Notes: generated by a model not told the origin, from the sequence alone. Numbered from the stretch's first letter, positions 48,077 through 58,734 are shown. The stretch: 64,000 nucleotides of DNA from Capsulimonadaceae bacterium (GCA_965215505.1 OZ244065.1:608001-672000), one strand, 5' to 3'. Translations and numbers: made by a program.

Positions 48077-49495
48077 ATGAAATCCATTTCCCGGACCCGC
48101 AATCAGGGCCGCACCGCTCTTTGCTCGTCCCTCTGTGTGCGCCGGTGCCTGACGGCCCTGCTGCTGGCCGCAGCGGTCGTGTTGCCGCCGTCCGCTCACG
48201 CGCAGAGCCAGACGACCGCCGTGAGAGCAGCAGACTTCCTCGGCAGCATTGGTGCAAACTCCTCGATTTCCAAGCGCGGGGAGACGTTGCAGGACACCAT
48301 CAAGGCCGCGCGATACATCGGGCTGGGGTGGATCAGGGCGGGCTATGAGGGCGACATCCCCATCGAGGACCTCCTTGCGCTCCATCAGCAGGCCGGGGTG
48401 CGCTTCTCCTACGGCCTGGGGAGCGGCGGGGCAGACATCCCGAGGCTGCTGGCGGGTGGCCGGAGGCTGGCGGCGGCGGGTGCGCTGCTGGCGATCGAGG
48501 GGCCGAACGAGCCGAACAACTGGGGCCTCACCTATCAGGGCGAGAAAGGGGGCGGTGGGGCACCCTCGTGGCTTGCCGTGGCGAAGTTGCAGCGGGACCT
48601 GTACCAAGCCGTCAAGAGTGACCCGGTTCTGAAGAAGTACCCCGTGTGGAGCATCAGCGAGAATGGGGCCGAGACGGACAACGTGGGCCTGCAATTCCTG
48701 ACCATCCCCGCCGGCACAAACGGCCTGATGCCGGACGGCACGCGCTACGCCGACGCCGCGAACGTCCACAACTACATCTACCACCCGAACTCTCCCGGCC
48801 TGAACGACAACAAGACCTGGAACGCCGCCGACCCGAGTCCCGCCTGCAAGGTGGACGGCCTGTACGGCAACTACGGCTCGACCTGGGCGCACCACTACGC
48901 GGGCTATTCCAGTGCAGCCCTCGAAACGCTGCCGCGCGTCACCACGGAGACAGGCGGGGCCATCGGCGGGGTCATCACCGAGGACGTTCACGCCCTGAAC
49001 CTTATGACCATGTACCTGGACCAGTTCAAGCGCGGCTGGAGCGACACCGACGTTTACCTGCTGCGGGACCGGAGCGACGAGTCGGGGAACCAGCAGTACG
49101 GCTTCTACAGGCCGGACTACACGCCGCGCAAGGCGGCCGTCTACCTCCACAACCTGACCTCGGTTCTGGCCGACCACGGCACACTGAGAACGCCGGGGAA
49201 GTTTGGCTACTCGATCCCGAATGAGCCGGCCACCGTCCATGATCTGCTGCTGCAAAAGAGCAGCGGCGTCTTTGAACTGGTGGTGTGGGATGAGCAGATC
49301 AGTGGGAACAGCAGGGTTCGGGTAAACCTCGGCCGCGCCTTCCCGTCGGAGAAGATTTACGATCCGACGGTTGGAACGGAGCCTGTGCGGACGGTTCGCA
49401 ATGCCGCTTCGCTCACGCTGACGTTGAGCGATCACCCTGTAATCATTGAGGTGCCAAGCAGTGTCGGGCGCGAGCAGCCCAGCGGGACGAGATGA
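48077..49495 (+). CDS. Secreted glycoside hydrolase (clan GH-A-like)
   Basis: Signal peptide, EGPNEP acid/base motif and TTETG nucleophile-like motif. Confidence 0.75.
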   Translation: MKSISRTRNQGRTALCSSLCVRRCLTALLLAAAVVLPPSAHAQSQTTAVRAADFLGSIGANSSISKRGETLQDTIKAARYIGLGWIRAGYEGDIPIEDLLALHQQAGVRFSYGLGSGGADIPRLLAGGRRLAAAGALLAIEGPNEPNNWGLTYQGEKGGGGAPSWLAVAKLQRDLYQAVKSDPVLKKYPVWSISENGAETDNVGLQFLTIPAGTNGLMPDGTRYADAANVHNYIYHPNSPGLNDNKTWNAADPSPACKVDGLYGNYGSTWAHHYAGYSSAALETLPRVTTETGGAIGGVITEDVHALNLMTMYLDQFKRGWSDTDVYLLRDRSDESGNQQYGFYRPDYTPRKAAVYLHNLTSVLADHGTLRTPGKFGYSIPNEPATVHDLLLQKSSGVFELVVWDEQISGNSRVRVNLGRAFPSEKIYDPTVGTEPVRTVRNAASLTLTLSDHPVIIEVPSSVGREQPSGTR

Positions 49496-49542
49496 CTGCT
49501 GTCACGCGCGGAAGTCGCAGGGAAGCCAAGGAGAGCGCAGGG

Positions 49543-49699
49543 ACGAGTGATTGAAACCACTCGCGACGCAGGGACCTGTCCAGGGGACAGAAGAAGCACC
49601 GGGCGTCTCCATCGTGTTTTGGCTCTGCCCCCTTGTCCTTTGGACAAATCTTACCGAAGCGAGTGATTTCGATCACTCGTCCGGCTTACTCGTCCGGCT
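49543..49699. repeat. Dispersed palindromic element, copy B
   Basis: Same architecture and same tail (…TCACTCGTCC…GGCT…TACTCGTCC…GGCT) as 40897-41055. Confidence 0.75.
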
Positions 49700-49766
49700 C
49701 GCTGCAACACCTGTTGCAGTCAGTGCGTAAAGTCGTTTATGATCTAACATCACAGGAAACAACAGA

Positions 49767-51317
49767 ATGGCATATTACTTAGGACTCGACATCGGCACGA
49801 GCGGGACGAAGGCGCTCCTGATTACAGAGAATGGGCAGCACGTCGCCTCGGATACGCAGGAGTACCCGCTGTCCACGCCCCGACCCCTGTGGGCGGAGCA
49901 GGACCCGGAAGACTGGTGGCAGGCGGCGATCCTGACGACCAAGAACGTGCTGCAAAAGGCGGGTATCAAGGGCGAGGAGATCGCGGGCATCGGGCTGTCC
50001 GGGCAGATGCACGGATCGGTGTTTCTGGACAAGGACAACCGAGTCCTGCGGCCCGCGCTGCTCTGGTGCGACCAGAGGACGCAGGCCGAATGCGACTGGA
50101 TCACGGCGCAGGTGGGACACGACGCCCTGGTGGAGCATATCAGCAACCCGGTCCTGACCGGATTCACGGCCCCGAAGATCGTCTGGCTGCGGAACCACGA
50201 GCAGGAAACCTATGACAAGGTGGTCAAGGTCCTGCTGCCAAAGGATTACATCCGGTACAAGCTGACCGGCGTTCATGCGACCGAAGTGTCGGATGCCAGC
50301 GGGACAGCCCTGCTGGATGTCAAGAACCGGCGCTGGTCGGAGGAGGTCTTGGAAGCGGCGGGCATTCCGCGCTCCTTCATGCCCGACTGCGCCGAGAGCA
50401 TCGAGATCACCGGGCATGTTCACGCCGAGGCAGCGGGCCTGACGGGGCTTGCCCAGGGAACGCCCGTCGCGGGCGGCGGCGGGGACCAGGCGGCGGGGGC
50501 GGTCGGCAGCGGCATCGTCGAAACCGGCGTCGTGTCCAGCACGGTGGGGACCAGCGGCGTCGTGTTCGCCTACTCGGACACGCCCGCGACCGACCCCCTT
50601 TTGCGCGTCCACACCTTCTGCCATGCCGTGCCGGGCAAGTGGCACACCATGGGCGTTGTCCTGTCGGCGGGCGGATCCCTGCGCTGGCTGCGCGACACGT
50701 TCTTCCAGCCGGAGGGCGTCGTCGCGCGGACGACCGGGGACGACCCCTACAACCTCATGGCCGAGGGGGCGCGGCAGGTCTCGGCCGGCTCCGAGGGGCT
50801 GATCTTCCTGCCCTATCTGACGGGCGAGCGAACGCCGTACCCGGACGCCAATGCGCGCGGGACGTTCCTCGGGATCACCCTGCGGCACAAGCGGCAGCAC
50901 TTCGCGCGGGCGGTCTTGGAGGGCGTCGCCTATGCGCTTAACGACACGTTCCAGATCTTTGATGAGATCGGCGTGCCGGTCACGCAGGTGCGGGCGTCCG
51001 GCGGCGGCGCGAAGTCGCCCGTGTGGCGTCAGATCCACGCCGATGTGACGGGCCATCCCCACGTCACGCTCTCCGTGGACGAAGGCCCGGCCTTGGGGGC
51101 CGCCCTGCTCGCCGCCGTCGGCATGGGGGCGTACCCTTCGGTGGCCGACGCCTGCCGCGCGGCCATCCAGACGGTCGCGCAGACCGACCCGGATGCGGCG
51201 GCGCACAAGACGTATGAGAAGTATTACGGCGTCTACCGGGCGCTGTACCCCGCCCTCAAAGAGCAGTTCGCGGCGGTGTCGGCGATTGCACAGGAGGCGC
51301 AGGAAGCCGCCCGGTGA
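49767..51317 (+). CDS. xylB: Xylulokinase
   Basis: GLDIGTSG, SGQMHG, GGGDQAA, PYLTGERTP and SGGGAKS motifs. Confidence 0.95.
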   Translation: MAYYLGLDIGTSGTKALLITENGQHVASDTQEYPLSTPRPLWAEQDPEDWWQAAILTTKNVLQKAGIKGEEIAGIGLSGQMHGSVFLDKDNRVLRPALLWCDQRTQAECDWITAQVGHDALVEHISNPVLTGFTAPKIVWLRNHEQETYDKVVKVLLPKDYIRYKLTGVHATEVSDASGTALLDVKNRRWSEEVLEAAGIPRSFMPDCAESIEITGHVHAEAAGLTGLAQGTPVAGGGGDQAAGAVGSGIVETGVVSSTVGTSGVVFAYSDTPATDPLLRVHTFCHAVPGKWHTMGVVLSAGGSLRWLRDTFFQPEGVVARTTGDDPYNLMAEGARQVSAGSEGLIFLPYLTGERTPYPDANARGTFLGITLRHKRQHFARAVLEGVAYALNDTFQIFDEIGVPVTQVRASGGGAKSPVWRQIHADVTGHPHVTLSVDEGPALGAALLAAVGMGAYPSVADACRAAIQTVAQTDPDAAAHKTYEKYYGVYRALYPALKEQFAAVSAIAQEAQEAAR

Positions 51318-51496
51318 AAGAAACCATGCGTTGAAACGCACGGCAAGACGGCGCGGACGCCAGCAATCCCCGCTTCGCGGGGATCATAAGGATTTATCCC
51401 AGTGCCGCGAAGCGGTACTTCGTGGCCGCAGGCCGAATAGCCGTGCCATTCATGGAGCAACTGCACCCGACGGCATGGTCCTTGAAAGGAAACTTA

Positions 51497-53344
51497 ATGC
51501 CCTCACAAACCTCCGACCGCTGGAAAGACGGAATGCGCGCCCCGCGCCTCCTTTGGACCCAGGTCGCCGCCCACGCCCCCGAGCGGGGCATCGCCACCAG
51601 TACGCATTCGGGCGTCTCTCAGGTGTACGCCTGGGACGTTCCCACCGGCGCGCTCCGGCCCCTGACCGACAAGCCCGGCGGCGTCACCTTCGGCCTGCTC
51701 TCGCCCGATGGCCGCTTTTTCTACTTCATGGATGATGCCAAAGGCAACGAAACCGGCCACTACGTCCGCATCCCCTATGAGGGCGGCCCCGCCGAAAACC
51801 TGACGCCCGGCCTGCCGGCCTACGGGGCGTCCACGACGCCGTTCCCGCAGCCCGCCGTGGCGTTCAGCCCCAGCGGGAATGCGCTCACGTTCCGCACCAA
51901 CGACGCCGACGGCTTCCACCTGTGCCGGATCGGCATCGCGCCGGATGGGGCGCTGGGTCCGCCCCGCTTCCTCTACAGCACCCCCAGCCTCTTCCGGACG
52001 CCCCTGCTCACGGAGGACGGCAGCATCGCCGTCGTCGCGGCCTCCGAGCGGACCGGGAAGCAGCAGTACGCGCTGCTCGCCTTCGACACGGACGGGGCGC
52101 GCGTCGGGGAGCTTTACGACGGGCCGGACAGCAGCATCGAGCCGATCGCGTTCAGCCCCGTGCCGAGCGACACGCGCGTGCTGGCGAGTTCCGACCGGAC
52201 GGGCGACAAGCGGCCCCTGCTGTGGGACGCCCGGACGGGCGAGCGCCGCGACCTACACCTGCCTGATGTGGCAGGCGAGATCGTGCCGCTGAACTGGTCG
52301 CCGGACGGCAGGCGCGTCCTGCTCTGCCGGTTTTCCAATGCCGTCCAGCGGCTCTACCTCTATGACCTGGGAACCGACCGGGCAACGCGGCTGGACCACC
52401 CCGACGGCGCGTTCACGTTCCTCGGCAGCTTGGGCGTCGCGTTCGCCCCGGACGGGCGCGAGATATTCGCCTCCTGGCAGAACGCCCAGAACAAATCGCG
52501 GCTGGTCGCCCTGGACGCCGACACAGGTGCAATGACGCGGACCGTCCTTTCGGCGGGCGACGCCCCGCCGGGACGACCGGTGCGCTCGGTCACGTTCCCC
52601 TCCTCCGACGGCCAGACGGTGCAGGGCTGGCTCTGCGTCCCAGACGGCGATGGGCCGTTCCCGACGGTCCTGGAAGTGCATGGCGGCCCGCACACCGTCG
52701 TCACCGAGTCGTTCGGCATGGGCAGCCTGTGGGCGGGGAACGGCTTCGCGTGGCTGTCGGTCAACTTCCGAGGCTCGACGACCTTCGGGCGGGACTTCAT
52801 GGGCAAGATCTGGGGCGACGCGGGGCACTGGGAACTGGAAGACATGGTGGCCGCGCGGGACTTCCTGGTCGAGCAGGGAATCGCCAAGCCCGACAAAATC
52901 CTCGTCACCGGCGGCTCCTACGGCGGCTACATGACCCTGCTGGCCCTCGGCAGGCGGCCCGACTTGTGGGCCGGCGGCATGGGGCTTGTCGCCATCGCCG
53001 ACCAGACGCTCACCTGGGAGGACTCGTCGGGCTTCCTCCAGGGCGTCACGACCGCGAGCTTCGGCGGGACGCCCGCCGAGAAGCCGGAGCTTTACCGGCG
53101 CGCTTCGCCGATCACCTACGCCGAGGATGTCTGCGCCCCGCTGCTTGTCATCCAGGGCCGCCACGACACGCGCTGCCCGCCGCGCCAGATGGAGGTCTAC
53201 GAAGCAAAGATGAAAGAGCTGGGCAAAGACATCGAAGTCGTCTGGTTCGACTCCGGGCACGGGTCCGGCGCGACCGAAGAAGTGATCGGATGGTACGACC
53301 GGATGCTGCATTTTGCCCGCCGCGTCGTCGGCCCGGACGCCTAG
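51497..53344 (+). CDS. S9 family (acylaminoacyl/dipeptidyl) peptidase
   Basis: Beta-propeller region followed by HGGP, GGSYGG, D and GH motifs. Confidence 0.92.
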   Translation: MPSQTSDRWKDGMRAPRLLWTQVAAHAPERGIATSTHSGVSQVYAWDVPTGALRPLTDKPGGVTFGLLSPDGRFFYFMDDAKGNETGHYVRIPYEGGPAENLTPGLPAYGASTTPFPQPAVAFSPSGNALTFRTNDADGFHLCRIGIAPDGALGPPRFLYSTPSLFRTPLLTEDGSIAVVAASERTGKQQYALLAFDTDGARVGELYDGPDSSIEPIAFSPVPSDTRVLASSDRTGDKRPLLWDARTGERRDLHLPDVAGEIVPLNWSPDGRRVLLCRFSNAVQRLYLYDLGTDRATRLDHPDGAFTFLGSLGVAFAPDGREIFASWQNAQNKSRLVALDADTGAMTRTVLSAGDAPPGRPVRSVTFPSSDGQTVQGWLCVPDGDGPFPTVLEVHGGPHTVVTESFGMGSLWAGNGFAWLSVNFRGSTTFGRDFMGKIWGDAGHWELEDMVAARDFLVEQGIAKPDKILVTGGSYGGYMTLLALGRRPDLWAGGMGLVAIADQTLTWEDSSGFLQGVTTASFGGTPAEKPELYRRASPITYAEDVCAPLLVIQGRHDTRCPPRQMEVYEAKMKELGKDIEVVWFDSGHGSGATEEVIGWYDRMLHFARRVVGPDA

Positions 53345-53356
53345 AAAGACACGCTC

Positions 53357-54019
53357 ATGCCCCGCTCCTTCGGAGAACCTTTGACCAGGCTGCGCGCCGT
53401 CCCCATCAAGGACAACGGCGAGCCGCTTGTAGACCCGCGTACCCTGTCTAAACGCATCCACTTCGCCGAAAAGCACCCCAAGTTCGAGGGGATGCCCCGG
53501 ACGCCCAAGGTCCGCAAGGGTGTTGCTGAGAAACTGGCCCAGGCCGCCGAGTCGCTGCCCGATGGCACCGATATCGTCATCATCGAAGGCTTCCGCCCGC
53601 TCGCCCAGCAGCGGTTCATGTACGAGGAGCTGAAAAAGGAGTTCGCCCAGAAGCACCCTGAGTGGGGCAAAGCGACTTTGCACCGCATCACCAACACCAT
53701 GTCCGCCCCGCCCGACGACCCCTGCCCCCCGCCCCACACGACCGGCGGGGCGGTCGACCTGTCCCTGGTCCGCGTCAAGGGCGGCGAGTGGCTGGACATG
53801 ACGTCGCCCTTCGAGATGGACGAAACCAGCGCGCCCGGCGACACGCCCGGCCTGAGCGACGAGGCCCAGGCCAACCGCCGCCTGCTGTTTGGGGCGCTGG
53901 AAAAGACAGGCCTGACCAACTATCTGGGCGAATGGTGGCACTGGTCCTACGGCGATTCGGGCTGGGCCTTGCGCATCGGGGCGGAAAAAGCGATTTACGA
54001 CCGGCTGCCGGAGAACTGA
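53357..54019 (+). CDS. D-Ala-D-Ala dipeptidase (M15D/VanX-like)
   Basis: EGFRP, PHTTGGAVDL and EWWHWSYG motifs. Confidence 0.88.
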   Translation: MPRSFGEPLTRLRAVPIKDNGEPLVDPRTLSKRIHFAEKHPKFEGMPRTPKVRKGVAEKLAQAAESLPDGTDIVIIEGFRPLAQQRFMYEELKKEFAQKHPEWGKATLHRITNTMSAPPDDPCPPPHTTGGAVDLSLVRVKGGEWLDMTSPFEMDETSAPGDTPGLSDEAQANRRLLFGALEKTGLTNYLGEWWHWSYGDSGWALRIGAEKAIYDRLPEN

Positions 54020-54020
54020 C

Positions 54021-54055
54021 GAAGCCCCGGCCTCCCATAGGAGGCCGGGGCTTCT
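54021..54055. terminator. Hairpin between convergent genes
   Basis: GAAGCCCCGGCCTCC-CATA-GGAGGCCGGGGCTTC. Confidence 0.75.
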
Positions 54056-54078
54056 GCATTCGGAGGCAGTACGCTTGA

Positions 54079-54828
54079 CTATCGCTCCTGGTCGGTCGGG
54101 CGGATCAGGATCTCGTTGACGTTGACGCGGGGCGGTTGGGTGACAGCGTAGAGGATGGCAGCGGCGATGTCCTCGCTCTCCAGCGGGGTCATGGCCTGGA
54201 CGAACGCCTCGATCTGCTGCTTGGCTTCGGGGTGCGTGATGTGCTGGGTCAGCTCGGTCGCCACCGCGCCCGGCTCGATGATCGTCACCCGGATCTTGTC
54301 CTTGTAGACCTCCTGCCGCAGCGACTCGGAGAAGGCCCCGACGCCCCACTTGCTGGCGTTGTAGACGCCCGCGCCCGCCCGCGCGGTCCGGCCCGCGACG
54401 CTGGAGATGTTGACGATGTGGCCCGTGCCCTGCGCGCGCATCAGCGGCAGGGCGGCGTGGGTGGCGTACATCAGGCCCAGGACATTGGTGTTAATCATCC
54501 GCCGCCAATCCTCGGTGTCCGCATTCCCGATGGGGCCGAGCAGCATGACGCCCGCATTGTTGACCAGGATGTCAATTCGCCCGAAGGCGGCGTTCGCGGC
54601 CACCACCATTTCCCGCGCCTGGTCTTCCACAGCAACATCCGCCACAATGGCTTTGACCTTGCCGCCCATCGCCTCGATGCGTTTAGCTAAGTCTTCCAGC
54701 CGGTCCGCGCGCCGGGCGGAAATCGCGACCGAAGCCCCTTCTTCCGCCAGGGCCAATGCCGTCGCCTCGCCGATGCCCGACGAGGCGCCCGTCACCAGCG
54801 CGACTTTGCCGTCCAATTTCCCTGCCAT
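54079..54828 (-). CDS. SDR-family oxidoreductase
   Basis: TGASSGIG, NNAG and YNASK motifs. Confidence 0.95.
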   Translation of the reverse strand: MAGKLDGKVALVTGASSGIGEATALALAEEGASVAISARRADRLEDLAKRIEAMGGKVKAIVADVAVEDQAREMVVAANAAFGRIDILVNNAGVMLLGPIGNADTEDWRRMINTNVLGLMYATHAALPLMRAQGTGHIVNISSVAGRTARAGAGVYNASKWGVGAFSESLRQEVYKDKIRVTIIEPGAVATELTQHITHPEAKQQIEAFVQAMTPLESEDIAAAILYAVTQPPRVNVNEILIRPTDQER

Positions 54829-55162
54829 GTGTCCGTATCTCCTTTAATGCCCTGCCGAAGCCGGACTTGTCCGGCCAATATACCCGTGCGGCAGGACTTC
54901 GTATCAGAGGACGGTCAGGAGAGCGGAGGCGTCTCTGCAATGTTCCTGGGTATGAATACCGTTTTCTGACGCCTGCCTCTGTTGCGAACCGCCACCAGAG
55001 TTTTAGAACTGAACAGGCCATCCGTCAGATAGAAGTCGGCTTCAAACAGGAAGCCGAACAGCTCGTAGAGGCCAATGAAGAACCGGATGGTCCCCAGGCC
55101 GACGTGCAGTAGTATCTCGCTCATCTTCCCCTCCAACAAACGCCGAGCATGTCCGCCTGAAG

Positions 55163-55765
55163 TCATTCGCCCGCCGCATCGCCCGCGAACTCGATTAAGG
55201 CGTAGATGTCCGACAGGGCCAGCGCCGTCTCCACGCTGGGCAGATGGACGGCACTGTCCAGACCGGTGATGACCCGATAACGCCAGTGATCGTCGTCGCG
55301 CGTGTAGAGTTCGATGCGCGCCTCGTCCTGAGCTACCAGGAGGTAGTCGGCCAGGGCCGGGACGGTCTGGTAATAGCGGAACTTTTCGCCATGGTCATAG
55401 GCTTCAGTGGAGTCGGAGAGGACTTCGACGACCAGGAGAGGGTTGGTGATAATGTCCTTGCGGCTCCGGTGGAAGCCGAGCGGCCCGCAGACGACCGACA
55501 CGTCGGGGAAAGTGTTGACATCCGCGCGGGTATGGACCTTCATGTCCGAGCCAAAGACGCGGCAGCCCCTGGGGACGAGGGCGTTGCCGAGGGCGCGGAC
55601 GATGTTGCCACCGATGGTGCTGTGGTCGGCGGTGCCGCCGCTCATGGCGCGGATTTTGCCTTTGACGTATTCCCAGCGCCCGAAGTTGGTGCGCTCGAAC
55701 TCGAAGGACTCGTCCTCGGTATAGCACTCTTTTTCGATGTACTGGTATTGGCGGGCTAAAGCCAT
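55163..55765 (-). CDS. Uma2-family endonuclease-like protein
   Basis: FPDVSVVC, NPLLVVEVLS and DHGEKF motifs. Confidence 0.9.
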   Translation of the reverse strand: MALARQYQYIEKECYTEDESFEFERTNFGRWEYVKGKIRAMSGGTADHSTIGGNIVRALGNALVPRGCRVFGSDMKVHTRADVNTFPDVSVVCGPLGFHRSRKDIITNPLLVVEVLSDSTEAYDHGEKFRYYQTVPALADYLLVAQDEARIELYTRDDDHWRYRVITGLDSAVHLPSVETALALSDIYALIEFAGDAAGE

Positions 55766-55821
55766 TGTTGTTCCTCTGCGCTTGTGGTTCTGCGGCGGAT
55801 GGGGCGATTCCTGCTTGACGC

Positions 55822-56556
55822 CTAGACGGACCGCGCGGCGCGGAGGAGCCAGGCGGCGAGGGCGTCGCGGCGGGCGGACATCTGCGCCTCGACGTCGGCG
55901 TGGGAGAGGGGGGCGTTGGTGAGGAGGCCGGTGCCGTAGTTGGTGGCGAGGGCGACGCCCGCGTAGGGCAGGCCGGCCTCGCGGCACAGGGTGGCCTCGG
56001 GTGCCCCGGTCATGCCGACGACGTGGGCACCCCAGCCCGCGAACAGGCGGACCTCGGCGGGCGTCTCGTAGCGCGGGCCGGAGACGCACAGGTAGGTGCC
56101 GTGCGGGTGGATGTTGGGTGCCAGAGTGGAATCCACGGCGGCGAGCAGGGCCGCGCGCAGGGCGGGGTCGTAGGGATGAACGAAATCGGTGTGGCGGACG
56201 TCGCCCGGCTCCCCGAAAAAGGTGACGACCTCACCTTTGGTCAGGTCCAGGAAGTCATCCAGCACGACCAGATCGCCCGGCACGATCTCGGAGCGCAGCG
56301 AGCCGGCGGCGGCGGTGGCGAAAACGGCATCGGCCTCCAGGTGGCGCAGGGCAGCGATGTTGGCGCGGTGGTTGATCCGGTGCGGCGGCAGCCGGTGGCC
56401 CGCGCCGTGCCGGGCCAGGAACAGCAGTTCGCGGCCTTCGTCCAGGTCGGCCCGCGTGAGTGAGGCCGCGCCGTAAGCGGTTTCGACCGTTTCGGGCGTC
56501 CCCGCCACCAGGGCTTCGCCGAAGCCCGTCCCGCCGATGATCGCGATGCGCCTCAT
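55822..56556 (-). CDS. mtnP: MTAP-family purine nucleoside phosphorylase
   Basis: IIGGTG, RHG…H…PPH, GPRYETPAE and VGMT motifs. Confidence 0.85.
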   Translation of the reverse strand: MRRIAIIGGTGFGEALVAGTPETVETAYGAASLTRADLDEGRELLFLARHGAGHRLPPHRINHRANIAALRHLEADAVFATAAAGSLRSEIVPGDLVVLDDFLDLTKGEVVTFFGEPGDVRHTDFVHPYDPALRAALLAAVDSTLAPNIHPHGTYLCVSGPRYETPAEVRLFAGWGAHVVGMTGAPEATLCREAGLPYAGVALATNYGTGLLTNAPLSHADVEAQMSARRDALAAWLLRAARSV

Positions 56557-56571
56557 TGACAAACGCCCCCT

Positions 56572-58734
56572 TTGCGTGATACACTGCCCGCCGTGAGAGA
56601 CACGCGAGCGAGCGAACGCCCCCATTCCCCACTCTATTCTACACCATCCGCGCGCCCGTGGCAAGCCCGCCTCCTGGTTCCAGCCTTCCTGCTCCTGCTG
56701 ACGCTCCTCTACTTCTGGCCGCAGGTTGTTCAGGGCCGCGTTCTGTATTGGGGCGACATCGGCTTGTACTTTACCCCGATGGCGGGCTTCCTGCGGGAGA
56801 ACCTGCGGGCGGGGCGCGTCCCGCTCTGGAACCCCTTGATCTTCTGCGGCACTCCGTATGCCGGCAACCCGCAGGCATGGCCGCTGTACCCGGTCACGGC
56901 CCTGCTGCCGCTCGTGTTCCCCTCCTACTTCCTCGGCCTCACCGTCGCGCTACACGTCTGGCTTGCGGGCATCGGGACCTACCTGTTCGCCCGGCGCGTG
57001 CTGGCCGTTGGGCGGGCGGCGGCCCTGCTGGCAGCCATCACGTTCATGTTCGGCGGGCAATTGGTTTCCAAAGAACAGTTCCCGAACATGGTGCAGGCGT
57101 CCGCCTGGCTGCCCTGGGTGCTGTGGGCGCTGGACCGGGTGCTGCGCGGGCATCGCGTCCGGGACGCGCTGGGGCTGGGCCTGATACTCGGGCTGCAACT
57201 GCTGGCCGCCCACGCGCAGATGACCCTGCTGACGCTGTACCTGGCGTCGGCCTGGGGCGTGTTCGTGCTGCGGGCGCACCCGGTGCGGCGGCAGACGGTG
57301 GGGCGTCTCCTCCTCTCCGGCTTCGTGGCGGTGGGGTTGGCGGCGGGGCAGATTTTGCCCGCCGTGGCACTGTTCCGGGACGCGGCCCGGCAGAAGCTCT
57401 CGTTCCACGTCGTCAACCGCTTCTTCCTGCCGGACCATCAGCTCGGCAATTTCCTGCTGCCGCGCCTGCACGGGCACCCCTATTGGGGCGACTGGACGGC
57501 GCGGGGCAACTTCTGGGAGACGTGCTGCTATGTCGGCTGGCTGTCCTTCGGACTGGCGCTCTGGGGCGGCGTCGCGGCCTGGCGCAAGGGGGGGATGGCG
57601 GCGGCCCGGTTCTGGACCGGCGTCTTTGCGTTCGGCGTCTGGATGGCGATGGGGGGGAGCGGCGGGCTGTACTATGCAGCCTACTTCGCCCTGCCGGGCT
57701 TCCGCGCCTTCCACGACCCGGCCCGCTGCCTGCTGTGGGCGTGCTTCGCGCTCTCACTGCTGGCGGGGTACGGCCTGGAACGGGTCCGAACGCGGCCCCT
57801 CGGCCTGACCGTCACCGTTCTGCTGCTGGCCTTCGCCGACCTGACACTCTTCGGGCGGACGCTGTACCCGCTGGCGGACCCGGCCGCGCTGTTCCCGGTT
57901 CCGCCGAACATCGCCGCCGTCCGGGCTGACCCGGACGTGCGGGCGCATCAGGCGCGCATCCTGGCCCCGACGGCGGGCGTCTGGCTGCGCTTCACCGGGC
58001 TGAAGAGTTTCCGCCAGGACGTGCCGGGGTATCAGACGCTCTGGGCGGACACCCTGACGCCCAACCTGATGATGCCCTACGGCCTGCGCGACGCCTACGG
58101 CTATGAGCCGGTGGCGCTGAAGGACGCGCAGGCGACCGACGGCAAGGCGGCGCAGGCGTTCGACCCAAAGGCGAAGTCGGAACAGAGGCTGGAGGCGGCG
58201 AGCCTCGCGGGCGCACTCGGCGTGAAGTACGTCGCCGTCTGCCGCGTCACGCCGCCGGAGACGACTCTTCCCGGACTGATCCCAATGCGCGCCGCGCTCA
58301 CCCTCGCGCCGCCGGGGCGGCAGACCGGGCAGCAGGCGCAAGTCTACCTGTCCCGGAACGCGCGGTGGCAGCCGCGCGCCTGTCTGGAAGGGTCATCCGC
58401 GCCGGTCATGCTTCAGGAGGCGGGGCCGGACCGGGTGACGCTGACGTGCGTGACGACTCGCCCAGCCCGGCTGATACTGGCGGACACGCAGGCGGCGGGC
58501 TGGTCGGCCACGGATAACGGGCGGCCGTTGACCATCGGGACCTACCGAGGGAGCCTGCGGGCTGTTGGTCTGACAGAGGTCGGGGCCCACACCGTCGTGT
58601 TCACCTATTCCCCCACCCCGTACCGGCTCGGCCTGTACCTGTCGCTGCTGACTCTGGCAGGACTGGCGGGGGCGTTTGCCGCCATAAGAAAATTCGTGCG
58701 CTTGGGAGGAATCGGCGGCGGCAGCGTGGAATAG
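56572..58734 (+). CDS. YfhO-like polytopic membrane protein (GT-C glycosyltransferase-like)
   Basis: PLWNP…GTP…NPQ…YP motif, many TM segments and a YfhO-type C-terminus. Start uncertain. Confidence 0.75.
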   Translation: MRDTLPAVRDTRASERPHSPLYSTPSARPWQARLLVPAFLLLLTLLYFWPQVVQGRVLYWGDIGLYFTPMAGFLRENLRAGRVPLWNPLIFCGTPYAGNPQAWPLYPVTALLPLVFPSYFLGLTVALHVWLAGIGTYLFARRVLAVGRAAALLAAITFMFGGQLVSKEQFPNMVQASAWLPWVLWALDRVLRGHRVRDALGLGLILGLQLLAAHAQMTLLTLYLASAWGVFVLRAHPVRRQTVGRLLLSGFVAVGLAAGQILPAVALFRDAARQKLSFHVVNRFFLPDHQLGNFLLPRLHGHPYWGDWTARGNFWETCCYVGWLSFGLALWGGVAAWRKGGMAAARFWTGVFAFGVWMAMGGSGGLYYAAYFALPGFRAFHDPARCLLWACFALSLLAGYGLERVRTRPLGLTVTVLLLAFADLTLFGRTLYPLADPAALFPVPPNIAAVRADPDVRAHQARILAPTAGVWLRFTGLKSFRQDVPGYQTLWADTLTPNLMMPYGLRDAYGYEPVALKDAQATDGKAAQAFDPKAKSEQRLEAASLAGALGVKYVAVCRVTPPETTLPGLIPMRAALTLAPPGRQTGQQAQVYLSRNARWQPRACLEGSSAPVMLQEAGPDRVTLTCVTTRPARLILADTQAAGWSATDNGRPLTIGTYRGSLRAVGLTEVGAHTVVFTYSPTPYRLGLYLSLLTLAGLAGAFAAIRKFVRLGGIGGGSVE

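Noticed and set aside
53357-54019. Vancomycin-resistance cluster
   Set aside because: Lone M15D dipeptidase with no vanH/vanA/vanRS neighbours.
54915-55166. Small ORF between the SDR and Uma2 genes
   Set aside because: No recognisable motif or clear start, so it cannot be supported.
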